From contig OZ037769.1 in the NCBI GenBank assembly GCA_964035545.1, positions 9,446,129-9,510,128 on the forward strand: DNA of 64,000 bases, given 5' to 3'. Shown piece after piece: positions 22,436-35,900 of the stretch. How positions within the stretch are numbered: position 1 is the stretch's first letter; every line of letters starts with the position of its first letter. Under the pieces are notes generated by a model. The model ran no database searches. It was not told the origin of the DNA and was given only the letters and a program-made list of their open reading frames with translations. The stretch is from Bugula neritina (Eukaryota > Animalia > Bryozoa). The position numbers and the translations under genes are program-made.

Positions 22436-25400
22436 TTAAAGTTATTTTTGATCTACTTTTGGAGCACTATTGGGCTATTGGTCTTAAATAGTATGAACTT
22501 TTTCATGATTAAAAATGCCTATTGGTTTCCTAATAGTTTATTGGGTATTAGCTACAGCTTGCATTGTCAGATAAATACTAATAAGTCAATAAATACTTTA
22601 TAGGTCAATGATCCAACCAGATGTGGATGCTAATTTTCTGTCACATATAATTGACAATACTTTTGAAATGAAATATAACATGCTAGCTTAAAGATCTATA
22701 ACATTATTTTGGTTGGTTGTCGTGAAACTGCACTCTCAGTTGTTGCTATAACATTTTTAATCCTAATTAAATAATTATTTTGGAATTTTTTTCTCAAGTG
22801 ACTAGCTTTGCTTATGAATCCAACTTCCTTGTCTATGTTCACTTATTTCAGTTGCTGTTTTGCAATAAGCATATTTAACTGTTCTCATCCACAATAATTA
22901 ACATTGTTTTTACTCCACCTGTCTCCTCCAAGTATGTTGCACTTTGAAAGAGCATTTAGAGTTTAGACTTTAGAGCATGGGACAGAGTGAGCCCACCCAG
23001 CAACCTTTAGTGGTATGTTCAAGATATATAAGGACACCTTAATGACAGCCATTTTGTTTAAATGGCACAGGAGCTACACTGGGCAGCTGTCTGAATAATA
23101 TATTATCATATCATATAGGCTTCATGCAAGGCTCAACTAATGGTATAGATAAATATGAACTCAACTAATGACTATGTACCTTATATAGTAGTATGCTTTG
23201 AAGACTCTAAAATTAATATTATATATATAGATCATTATCATCATGTATTTAGGACTCTTGGGAAGTTTTAGGTTTCATGAATAAGCCAAAGTGTTAATTT
23301 TAATTTGATTTATTTTGCTGATTCCCTTTCTTATTTTCAATGAGACCAGATACTAAGAGATAAAATTTAGTAAGAATCTGTTTGCTTCAAGAAAATAATA
23401 ATTTGAGAGATCATTCACTTAGAATAGAATACACAATAGTATAGTTTTTCAAGAATTTACACTAATTTTTAGTAAAAATAACTATTGGAACTCAAAGACT
23501 CAGGCAACTGAAAGTTTGTTTAAGTTTAGATAAAATGCTGCCTTGACTAGTACATTTTACTATAATACTCTCTAACAGAAAATATTATTCATAAAACTCA
23601 AAATGTTTTCCCTGTGCTTAAATTTGCTGATATTAATAGCTCTTTACTCCCTAGTTTAGCTGATAGCTATGCTACCTACTCTTTCACGGTAAATACCTTC
23701 ACTTTTTTCCAATTTCAGCCTCTTCTATTTAATTTTTTGGTTAAAAAGTGTTCATCCACGTAGGCTTTATCTATTTATAAAAATACAGCGTTAAGCTGCA
23801 TGTACCTAAAATGCTTGCCAGCAGTTGAGCTTGTTTGAAATATACACAACATGCATTGTTACCAACACGAGTATTGGGCAATATATGAATCAATATGAAT
23901 CAGCAACCACTGGCTTTGTGGTCAACTTCAAACTAACAACTGCAATTTATTTAAGAAAGAAATTAAAAGAAAGAAGAAAAATGCTTCTAGTATCAGCAGC
24001 GAAAATTATGCCTAAAACAAACTGATGATAGCTAGCATCAAAAGTGACTGCTGAGCTTTATGGTGACTGCTGAGCTTTATGGTGACTGCTGAGCTGAAAT
24101 CAGAGACAAACATGTGGGCAGCTTTCAAAGAACCTGAAGGTACATGGCTGACATAATATTCATTAGTGAGTAGGTGTTGATGCCCCAGAATTCAACAGGT
24201 AGAACTCACCCAGCTACCATCATGACAGACTGGAGCCTAACCAAAATAGATATGCACTGAAAACTGGAAAAACATTTATTTTTTGAGTCAAACTGCACCT
24301 GACTGAATATTACTGTGTTGAGTTATTAGCCAGAATAGCCAAACAAGTCATTGACTTGCTGATCAGGGATCTAGCATCATGCAGTGGTAGCACTCAATCT
24401 GAATGAGTGAGAATAGTGATGAGAAGAAACTACCTGTTTCCTATTGAGCTGTCCATGTTTATAGAATGTAAAGTGTTATTAGCTTCACACGCAGCACGCA
24501 CCATTGTTTATATAGATATCAGTAAAAGATCAAAAGCATGGAGTGCTAAGATGAACAGTTCAAGTGTTTCTCTTGTGAGCAAAGTACTTAAACTGTCACT
24601 TTCGGTTTCTTTTTCATGGGCTACTTTGCTACAAACTCTATTAACTTAAAATACTATACAGTCTGCTGTACTATCTTAAAACTAATAGCCAGAGTCACAT
24701 ATAAACTAACAAAATGGTCACCTTTCCTTTCGCAGCTGTGGTCCTGCTAAAGTCTAAACTAACAAAATAATCATCAATAATTAGAAAGATGATGTATGAA
24801 GTAATAGGATGGCAGGGCTTTTGAAGCTTTGCTTTAGCATCATTATATGCAATAGCAGTGTGTTTATTATTATAATTATTCAAATGTTGAGATATGAAAA
24901 AAATGTTTCATAAAATTATGATTAATCTTTTTTAGAAATTGCCACTGCAGATTTGGCAGCACAGAATTTAGAATTGTGGGTGTAGTGTACAGCACCTCAC
25001 GTGTTTTGATTAGGATTTATTATATAATAGTTAATAGAATATAACTTATAGGCTATATCCTGTGCTGGAAAATGCTACTTTATTGTTCTGTCAAAAAGAG
25101 GTCACTGTTTATTTTTAGGATAACTTTGGAAGCTTTCAATAATGGATGATTAAGAAAATGCATATTGGCAGAGAAATTTTCAGATATTACAGCTGATTTA
25201 TTATCTATCTACAAATTAGACAAATTAGTTTATACAAGAAATTAGAAGTACCGTATTGAAATACAGCAAACAATTAAGTTTAATATGTTGTGAATATTTC
25301 AACACATTTGAAGTATTACGAGTAACTTAAATAAGTGAAGTCTAATAGTTCTAATTACACCAATATATTCACTGAAAGCAAAGAAGAATTATAGTTATAT

Positions 25401-26351
25401 AAACTTGTGCATTTTGACAAACAAAGCATCAATAGCAACGGGTCTGCTTTGATATTGCTATAGCCTAGCTATAGCACAAAAACTGAAAAGTTTCTTTTAA
25501 AATTGTTTTAATTTACATCTAATGAAAATAGCATATTTACAGTCTTATGGTATCATTGAGAGCTTCAACTAAAAGGTGCTAAAATGATGATAATATGGAA
25601 AAAAGTGTTACCAAACAATGAATTAGTGAGTAAAAAGTAGCAACCAGAAAATAATAAAAATTATGAAATATTTTCATTTTTATCTGGTACAGGATTGGGG
25701 GAGAGGGAGAGGGTTGTCCTAAAGAATGTTTATAAAATTACCAGAGCATAAAACTTTGTTGACAAAATTTCAACTCTGTCAACAGTCTTGTCAAACTGAT
25801 TGGATCAAAGCAGTTACTGTTTCGTTTCACCATTTTATAGCAGTAATTACTGTAACAGATATGGTTGAGGAACAGTTGCTACTTGCAAATATTTGTTTGT
25901 ATAATGTTTGCAGGCATTGAGAGTCTCAATGTTTTCATTTAAATTTCCTATTACTTTGAAAATTTTTGGTTGTATCTCAAGTCTGATTTCTTTGAAAGTT
26001 AAAATATTAAAAACACACTTTAATATTTTTTCTACATAAAATATTTGTTTAAAATAATGCAGTGGCGAAGTAACCTGATATTCTAGTGCAGAATGCTTCA
26101 TGCAAATATTAAATGTAGTCAGTACTCAATTGCAGCAGATACAGCTGTGATAAAGTAATCTCATTTGAGAGTATTCATAGAGTTTTTTGCAGGATTAGCA
26201 GGTTTGTTATCTTTTACTTAAAACACAGTAGACTTGTATGAAAGTAGCAAAATGTTATGTTTTATTTTATTTTCAGACAGAAGATTTCCCCTCAAGCTAC
26301 CTTCAATCATTTTGGTATTATGATTAAAAGGCAAAATAATACCAAAACATC

Positions 26352-26353
<2 letters not shown>

Positions 26354-26442
<89 letters not shown>
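26354..26442. repeat. (TA)n microsatellite
   Basis: Directly visible. Confidence 0.98.
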
Positions 26443-26444
<2 letters not shown>

Positions 26445-27829
26445 GTATTGCTTTTAGGTTTGAAATAATATTGGTATAGATTTACATGCACCATACTTGC
26501 CTTACTAGGTTAAAATGCAAATTTCAAAGTGAAAATATTCAGAAAGTTGAAACTTTCTCACAATATAGTGATATAGATTTTATTCAGCTTCATCGAAAGT
26601 ATTTAGGTGAGATGTTTGATCTTGCCGATGAAATCCTTACAAATGTATCATCTGGTCATAATGACAGGTTTATAGCTAATAATGTTGCAGAATTCTTTGT
26701 TAATTTGGCCAAGTGAGGTTTCACTTTCAACCAGCTTGTAGGGGATGCTCAGCTGAATAGTTTCTCCTTTCAATAGAACATCATGCTCATAACTTACAAA
26801 GTGAGCAACTTTGAAGACTGTACTTATCAAGTGCCTGCAGGTTGAGCTCATATGAGCTAAATTAAGATCCAGTTATTTCATCTTCAAATAGACCTGCCAA
26901 CATGTCATAATGATAATGTTTGACAGAAGCATGCTGTAATGTGTTAACATTACATTTCTTTGATCTGACATTATGGCTAATCAAAACAGAATGAACATGA
27001 AAAGATATTATTTTTGCACAAAGAAATCTACAACAGACCTGTGCACTTCAAATTCAGGTTAAGCTATGGCATACTTGCTAAAGAATAGCATGAGAACTGC
27101 AGTTCACTGTCTAAACATGATGTTTTGATGAGTAGAAAAATGTAAAGCAATGATTAAAAATGACTGATAGCTGACAGACAGCAAACTGCTGACCAGTTAT
27201 GTTCTACTCACATCCATGCAATAGATAATGGAGTCAAGGTGGGCTCTTTGCTTTATACCACTTTATATGGCTGGCTTAGATACATTGTAGCTGATTGCAG
27301 CTAATAGAAAGGTTGATTATCGCTAGTTGTCTATATATACTCTTGTCTATGTTAATTCAACACTCATGCTCTATAGTTGTGCATAAAATATACATTAAAA
27401 TATAACAATAATCTGCACAGAGAAAGTGTTGGCAGTAGAAGACAATTTGTAAATTTACTAATCTGTAAATTACTAAAAGAAAGTCTGTAACTACTATTTG
27501 CTGGCTACTATAATGCAATAATTTTAGTTCTAATGCTTATGCAATTTTTCCATCGTTTGTCATTCAATACATACAAACATTCCATTTTTGTCTAAGTTCT
27601 CCAATCACTCCTTTTGACAAAGATGATAATCCAATTATGACTAATTCAATAGTTATCATATAGAACCAAAAAGTTCAAGACTAGCTATAATATATATGCT
27701 GATATTGCTAATTGGTATTACTGCTTGGATTTCTATCTATAATATATTCATTCACCTGGTACGCTTATAGCATGCAATATTGTTTATCTAGATTCTAGTG
27801 CAATCTATTCATTAAAAACTCACGCAAGT

Positions 27830-27990
27830 TTATAGTCCCCATCCCTGTGAGAGACCCCTGAGGTCTTCGTTAATCTGGGCTAAAGACTTATTCAGATGGG
27901 GCACAGGAGCAATTATAACTATATTCTCTTCCCAACATCACATTGTGCTTACTAGGCAAGCGCTTTAACCCTTAGACCACAACTGCTCCC
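27830..27990 (-). mobile_element. Possible decayed tRNA-derived SINE
   Basis: The minus strand begins ggagcagttgtggtctaagggttaaagcgcttgcctag, a box-A-like tRNA head; box B is not clear. Confidence 0.35.
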
Positions 27991-29964
27991 TCCATCTATT
28001 CATTAGAGGCTTTAGCTAAATTCCCTTCTCTTCACCTATTTTCTGTGTTATATACTAGCATACTATAAGCATGGGACAACTTCTTACCAAGTAAATTTAT
28101 TTATTGAACAAAATTTAATTTCAATAATTTGTGAAAAACAGTCAATACTTCTACATACATGTGTGCTGTCAAGTATATGGAAGCACCATTTTTTGAATTA
28201 CTAAATCGAAAGGAATTGAGCATAGTACTTTAGGAATTATAGTCTGCTTTCATTGAATATTGAACAAGAATGGATTTATTGCACCGGCCAATATTGAAGC
28301 CAATTTTACAAATTATATTATAGTCTATATCACTATAAAAATTATTGGATAGTTGAACTACGTATGCCTTATATTCATGCTAAGCCCAGTGTCTTCAATG
28401 TAATATAAACTGAAAAAATCTTACTTACTTCATTGGCAATATTAACGTTAATCACAGTATAAGTTTCCAAATGAAGGGAGTTTTAAAATTGCAACTTATT
28501 ATGCTAGAGGGTGTAGTTTAAACACTAACACTCATAAGTTGTTGAAACTGGTTGAAAAGTCTAACTTGTAGTTAAAAATATTCACTCTTTGGTACCATTA
28601 TTTTACATGAACTTGGCTTTTCTAGCCAGCTATGAGTCAATTAAACATTGGCACCAGCAAGACTGACAAACTTAATTTGCTAAGTGAATGTTGTGACAGA
28701 GTCTGACAAACATTTATGTGATGAAACAACATTTTGCCAAAATAATAATTTATATGCTGATTAAATTCTTTGTACAAAGCTGAAGAGTTACGCTATGGCA
28801 TCAAATAAGGCAGCATGAATGACATCACTGTATGTGGCTCTACATGCCAGCTAGCAACACCTAGTATAGAGATGGCCAGATTAGCAGATGCGACGTCCTC
28901 AACTTTCTTACAGGTTAAAATAATCGAACAACTGATTAAATAAAATAGCAACAATTATACCAAATTTAAGAGATTTTATAGCAGATCTACAACTAATTTG
29001 CTAGTGACACTGAACACTATGTATGGGCATCCTAGTCAGAGAATACCTCCCTAAAGAGAGAGCCATGAATGCATGACATAAGACATGATGTTCTCCATAT
29101 AAGGTCTCATCCAATTCAAGATTGACTTTACAGTATAATTATCATTTTATATTTGTTTATAATATTGCCATAATAATTAGTGTAACGAGGCACATCATTA
29201 CATACATAAAACATTCTGACTTGCTATACAAAATTGTCTAACTTTAAGGAAATGACAACTTCTTGAGCACATACACTGCAAGTAGACAATTCTTTGTACA
29301 AACTACAACATCAACAAATAACAGGGTGCAGCTCAAATAAATAAACAATTTCCTATTTATTGGTATAAGAAGCACATAATAAAGGTTTTACTTTGAAAAC
29401 TTACTAGATAGAAAAAGTTAATACGCCAACTGCCACATGTAACTAGTTAGAGCCCTATCATAGAAATACTAGATATTATTTTAAATTCAATTACTAGATA
29501 GATTATAGTTTGAATGAAAAAACTCAATCAGAGTGCAGTTTTGAAGAAAGTGACTTATTGACATAATGTTCCAAGAGCTAGGAAAGATACATTATACCAT
29601 AAGAATATTGCTTAGAAGTCAAAAAGCTTAGAAAGCATAGCAACTATCTAGACAACAAAATAGCATTACAGGAGACATTGTAAACCCTACAACAAAAATC
29701 TCATTAAATAACAAAAGAAACACTATACAGAGAAAAGGAAGAAAAAGGGAATATGTGAAAAAAATTGATGACAATTTGCAAAATATAATCACTGCAGCAA
29801 CAAGTCACTGATGTATTCACTTGTACATGGAAAATTACTAAAATCAAACCTACATCAGTTATAATGCAAATATCTTTAAAAATACTAAATGAAAGAAATT
29901 GTTTAGCTTACATAGCTGAGTGGAAGAATAAGTGCTAAAAGTTGTGGTATCCTATGTGGGTATT

Positions 29965-32900
29965 TCAATCAGCCTTAATACCAGAACTAAGAGAGTTGTG
30001 ATTTCTGGCTAAATTCTTACTAATCAAATCTTCACTTTTCTGCTTGTAGATGGTGTCAGAGTGTTTCTGTCGATGAAGCAGTATGCCAAGAGACTGTACA
30101 GATGCCACCCACACAAACACTGTAGGTATGAGCACCGTCAGTCTCCAGATGTTAACAGTACCGTAAAGTATAGCCACCACTGCCAGCAATACAGGAGAAA
30201 AACTGTTGGCATAACTCAGGTACCTACAATAAGCATGTGTGGCCTGAATGAATGGATAGTTGTAACAAACGGTGCTGGAAAATATTATTAACTAAAACCA
30301 AATAAACAGAAAAACAATTTTACCAACTATAAATATTATTGGTATAGAGGAACTATTTTCCAGCATGAATCAGCTAAAATTATTAAGCAGTGCACAAAAC
30401 AAAAACTGCAAATCTCTAATACTTCCCATGCTGTCAACATACAATCAATTGATTACTTATTAATATAAATATTACACCTGTGAAGACTGCAAATGCTAAC
30501 ACAGATGTAAAAAGGCTGCCTTCCATAAATAGATCATGTAACTAAACATTTATAAATACAACTACTAATTAATTATTAGTTAACTTCAAATATACGTTTA
30601 AGCATTAAACATAATAAAATATGTAAACGAACTCATCCTACCAATTCTCATAATCTGTGCTGAATCTGACTAACATGAGAGATGTAGCAATGACAATAGA
30701 GGGATAGCGGGATGGATCCAGATCTAGGGTTTTAATGAACCTACAGAGGGAATCGTAATATATGTGTAAATGCCTGTAATATATGTGTAATATATGTGTA
30801 ATATATGTGTAATACATGTGTAATATGTGTGTAATATATGTGTAGTATGTGCCACATATTGAGCTGATATAAGCCATTCTGCCTACTCAGCTCAAAAATA
30901 GACCAACCCATTGAGGAAACACCAGACCAATACGGGTTGAGTAGCTCATACACCATAAGAGCTAGAAAAACCTACACTGAACTCCTCAGTGACAAACTAT
31001 CACTCTAAACTGCCAGCAGAATGAGACTTCGTATTCACATATCACAATGCGCTATATTACAATGGGCTATTAGAGTGTAATTCAATTATCAGAAAGTAGT
31101 CAATTTAGTAAAAATCAAACTTTTTTTTCCAGAAAGATAGCCTTGAGATAGCAAGTGAGCTAAATGTTAGTAACAAAAAATCATCCGACTACTTTAACCC
31201 ATGAGAAGACAACTACAAACTATTGAAATGATTGAGTCTAATGAAAATACACACTAAACTGACTGCAGTAAAATAGGGATTAATACATGAGAATCAGTGA
31301 CTATGTATATGAACATATTTATGTTTCAGATTCAAGGTGTTGAAGTATGTTATACCACGGAGTCTGAGAAAGTACTGCAAGTATCCAGAGTGGTGTGAAA
31401 ACTGCAGGTGCTGGTAAAACTACTCAGTATATAAAAGCAACACTTACCGATAGTTCTTAATCCAAGTAATGAACTCTGGAAGAGACAGGATGAACATTGC
31501 GAGGGTGAGGAGTAGAAGTGTGTGCTGCAGATACCACATAGTGTGCCTCCTGTCATCTCTGGCAAATGTTACCATGCTAGCCACTATCTGCACACACATA
31601 AACTTACACTGCATGTCAACAGAAAATAAATTTATTCACAAAAAATGTAAGACTCCAAAGAGCTGAGACTAGCGGAGAAGCAGTATACAGTATTATGCTT
31701 TTTTCAAAAACTAATTTTAAAATTATATACCAAGAAGCCGCTATTACTTTTACTGACGAATGGCCTGAACAGATTTCAAAAGATCAAATTAAACAAACAT
31801 CAAAATTATCACAAACTCACGCTTTTTAAAAAATATATAAGGCAATGTATTACTACATTTCTTTAGGGAAGATAACTTCAATATAAGCAAATTGTTAGAT
31901 TGGGTCTAACAACGTAAATAGTGTGCACCATTAAACTATAACCCCTAAGGAAGTTTTAGTTCATTGGTGTGCACTACTTGAACGCAGTCAAATGGAAGAC
32001 TGAATGCATAATAGAAGGTGAATGAAAATAACTTGAGCTAACAAGTAACTCACATCTGCTACGATAAGTATAAATGTTACGAGAAGTCCAACACTGCCAC
32101 AGTAATTCCATGAGCTGTATATACCCAGTGTCAGTAGCATCCACCAAACCATGCTCCCTATCGTGGGTATGGTGTGGTGGGTGAAAATTCTGTAATACCA
32201 TACAACAACACATCACTAATAGAGAAGATGGATTAAAAGAAGCAAACCTGCATCGGTGTGATCATGCAATGAGAAGTTTTGGGAGAGAGATGTTAGGAGC
32301 AGTAATGCTAGAGAACTGAAGAGAAAACCAGTGAATGGGGTGGTGAATATGACTAAGGAAGACACAGAAAGTGTTAAATGAGACAGTAGTGAACATGTTA
32401 GCCAGCCATGTACTGTGCTAAAATTCCTTACTGGTAGCAATGTGTAACTAGTAATGTATTACCAGTAATTTGTTACTAGTAATGTGTCACAAGTAATGTG
32501 TCATTCACTAGTAATGTGTCACAAGTAATGTGTCACTCCCTAACAATGTGTCACTAGTAATGTGTCACTCCCTAATAATGTGTCACAAGTAGTGTATTTA
32601 TCTGGATCAAGTAGGTTAGATTTTAAACACTACATCAACATGGTTACAAAGAATAACTTCATATGAAAAAAGGTAGGGGCTGGCAGGTGTACCTGTGAAA
32701 GAGATATCTCATTACAGTTCCCAGCAGCGTCAGCATCCCTCTAGTAAGCAATGCATACCACCGAACAACTACTAAGGCTATTGTATAAAGAATTATATGC
32801 AGCCCTAAAAACATAAGGCCTCTGCTTTCTAATACAGCACCATCGGACAAAGGCAGACCTGCAGCAACAGTTTTGCTGCTGATTACCTCTTGACTACAAT

Positions 32901-35900
32901 AACAACAAAGCAGAGAAGAAATATCAATTTTTAGTAAAACATGAAGGTGATTGAAATACAGAGTACAATAAAATTGTGGTGCTGCTGAATTTGTTCAATT
33001 ATATTACACACTGCTACATTTGAAGCAACAACAATAATTTATATTTAGTAACTGCTAGGTACTTTAACAACAATTATTCTGTAATAGATATAGCAATCGA
33101 TAGAAATTTCAGTAGCTCTATGACATGTATAGCAAGTAACACATGTATACCTTAGTAACAGTTCTATGACAGAGGTAGCAAGTGCTAGTTTCCAAGGTTG
33201 TCCATACGCATCTTGAGCAGTAGATATATCTGGACATGGCTTCCCTTGAGAAACTATGAAGAGTTGGTGACAAAGCACCATGAACAAGCTGCCGATGACA
33301 AAGGAAGGCAACAATGCATAGTAATGGCGAGCAAACTACAAATAAAGTTATATTATTTATTAATGCCAATAAATGATCATTTTTGAGGCTTACCATTGCT
33401 TTAGAAATAATACAAAGACAACTTCATAGTTTGGCTGCTATTTTAAAAACTTGCATTCCAAATTTTCAACCTACAAGTATTTTTTTCTACATTCAGGAGA
33501 GAACCTTAATACCTACAGATGCTGAACATTGAAAAATAGGTGATAGACAGGCATCAAAATTACCCTGGCTTTCTAATTTGTGCATACTGAGTATGTGATA
33601 TCAATAACATACATGTGATGCATATATTAAATAAAAACCTGATACCACTAAAATAAAAAAGTTCACTTTAAATGTGTACCAGATAGATAGTAAATATAAG
33701 TGATATGTCCTAGCAACTAAACTCATTGCTCTTTACATGAAAAAACATTGAGTCATGAACTTATGGTCTATAATCACTTTTGTAAACCAACAATGCCACA
33801 AGCTGCAATATTAACATATACTTACTATAATATAGTAAATATATTACATATTTTGTTTTGCAAGACTAGCTATTCTGATGCCATTGGATTGTATTGATTG
33901 TTGTTCACGTAAGAAGAGAAAACTGCAAGAAATGAGGCATGATGCATATTTAGTGAATAAAAAAGTAAAGTGCTAAAAAAAGTTGTGAAGGCAATACCTA
34001 TAGCTTACATAAAATACTCATCCATAAAACAGTATCACATACAGCTTACTAATGTAACATTTTTTTACAACTTTTAAGCAAATGTAGGAGAATTCCAATC
34101 AAAATTATTTTGGCTTATTAAAAGAGCAGGCAAAATTTTAATGAAGGCCAATCTTTGTTCAACCAATTGATTCAATTAATTACATAGTCTACCCACTTTC
34201 CATTATACGAGTTTGTCAGGTATTGCTAAATACCTTATGCAAAAAACTTGAAGTAAAAACTATTATAATCCTTCACAATAGTTATTGCAATAGCAAAAGA
34301 AAGTTATTGAATATTACTAGACAAAACAGTGACACTTATATAATTTAAAACTTCATTACTATAACCCACTACATGTATTTACTATAACCAACTACATATA
34401 TTTACTATAACCCACTACATATATTTACTATAACCAACTACATGTATTTACTATAACCAACTACATGTATTTACTATAACCAACTACATGTATTTACTAT
34501 AACCAACTACATGTATTTACTATAACCAACTACATATATTTACTATAACCAATCATTGTTCCAAAATTAATTACTGCCACCTGAGTGCACAAATTAATTC
34601 TCCTAACCAATAAGAACACAGCATAATAATGCCTTACTTGCACTAAAAAGCAACACCTACCAACAGCAAAATTCATTAAAATTCTAAACTAATCTTTAGA
34701 ATTAAAAACTTTCCTAGAAAAACAAGGGATAATAGCACCCATGGAAAAATAGAACTTAGACAAAAATGATAAGTTAACTAATAAATCAACGTTCACCATA
34801 CTAAAATAAGTAGCTATATATAGCCTGATGATCATGATAAAAGTCTTGATAGTAGCAGAAATAAAGTATTTCTACAAATATAGACATTGAATGATGCCAG
34901 TAGTCAAACTCAAGCGCAGCAAAGTTGGCAAAACTTGAACAGCTATGTGTCATATAGTTCAGGTTGTTGAATTATAATATTAGTTGTTTAAAAATGTTAA
35001 ATCAAATGTCTAATCACCATAGGGCCTATGTTGTAATTGGACTGACAACAACAATACATTTTAATTGAGTGTACTGGGGACATTAATTAATTATTCTTTT
35101 GTAATAATGTAATTTGAGTGTTAATAACTAGTCCGTGAGGTAGTAGCTGCTGTTGGGATCATTAGTAACATTAGCAGCACTGATACAAACAAAATAAACA
35201 TTACTAGTAAGCATTACTAAGAATATCAACACTTGAGCTATTGTTTGTAGCAGGCTGTAACCAAGAACCAATCTATGTGCTTCAATGGATCAATTTCTTA
35301 TCTACGAAATTCAACAACTTCTAACAAATAACAAAAGAACAATACGAGAAGAGCTGAAGGTAATGAATTACAAACAATACCTAATAAAGAAATAATTACA
35401 CAACTCTGCTGCAGTACACAGTAGTAATCATATCCCCCAGGTCGAGGCTTATTACAGACAGGAAAGACAGCCATAACCTTCCAGCATCTCGCAGCAGCAC
35501 TTCAGTAATGTTACCAAAGAAAGTAAGGTAATATATTACAGTATATCTCCAGTAACGTCACCAAAAAGAAAGTAAAGTAATCTATTACAGTATTACTCCA
35601 GTAATGTTACCAAACAAAGTAAGGTAATATATTACAGTGTTACTTCAGTAGTGTTACCAAAGAAAGTAAGGTAATATATTACAGTGTTACTCCAGTAGTG
35701 TTACCAAAGAAAGTAAGGTAATATATCACAGTATTACTCCAGTAGTGTTACTAAAGCAAGTAAGGTAATATATTACAGTATTACTCCAGTAGTGTTACCA
35801 AAGAAAGTAAGGTAATATATCACAGTATATCTCCAGTAACGTCACCAAAAAGAAAGTAAAGTAATCTATTACAGTATTACTCCAGTAGTGTTACCAAAGA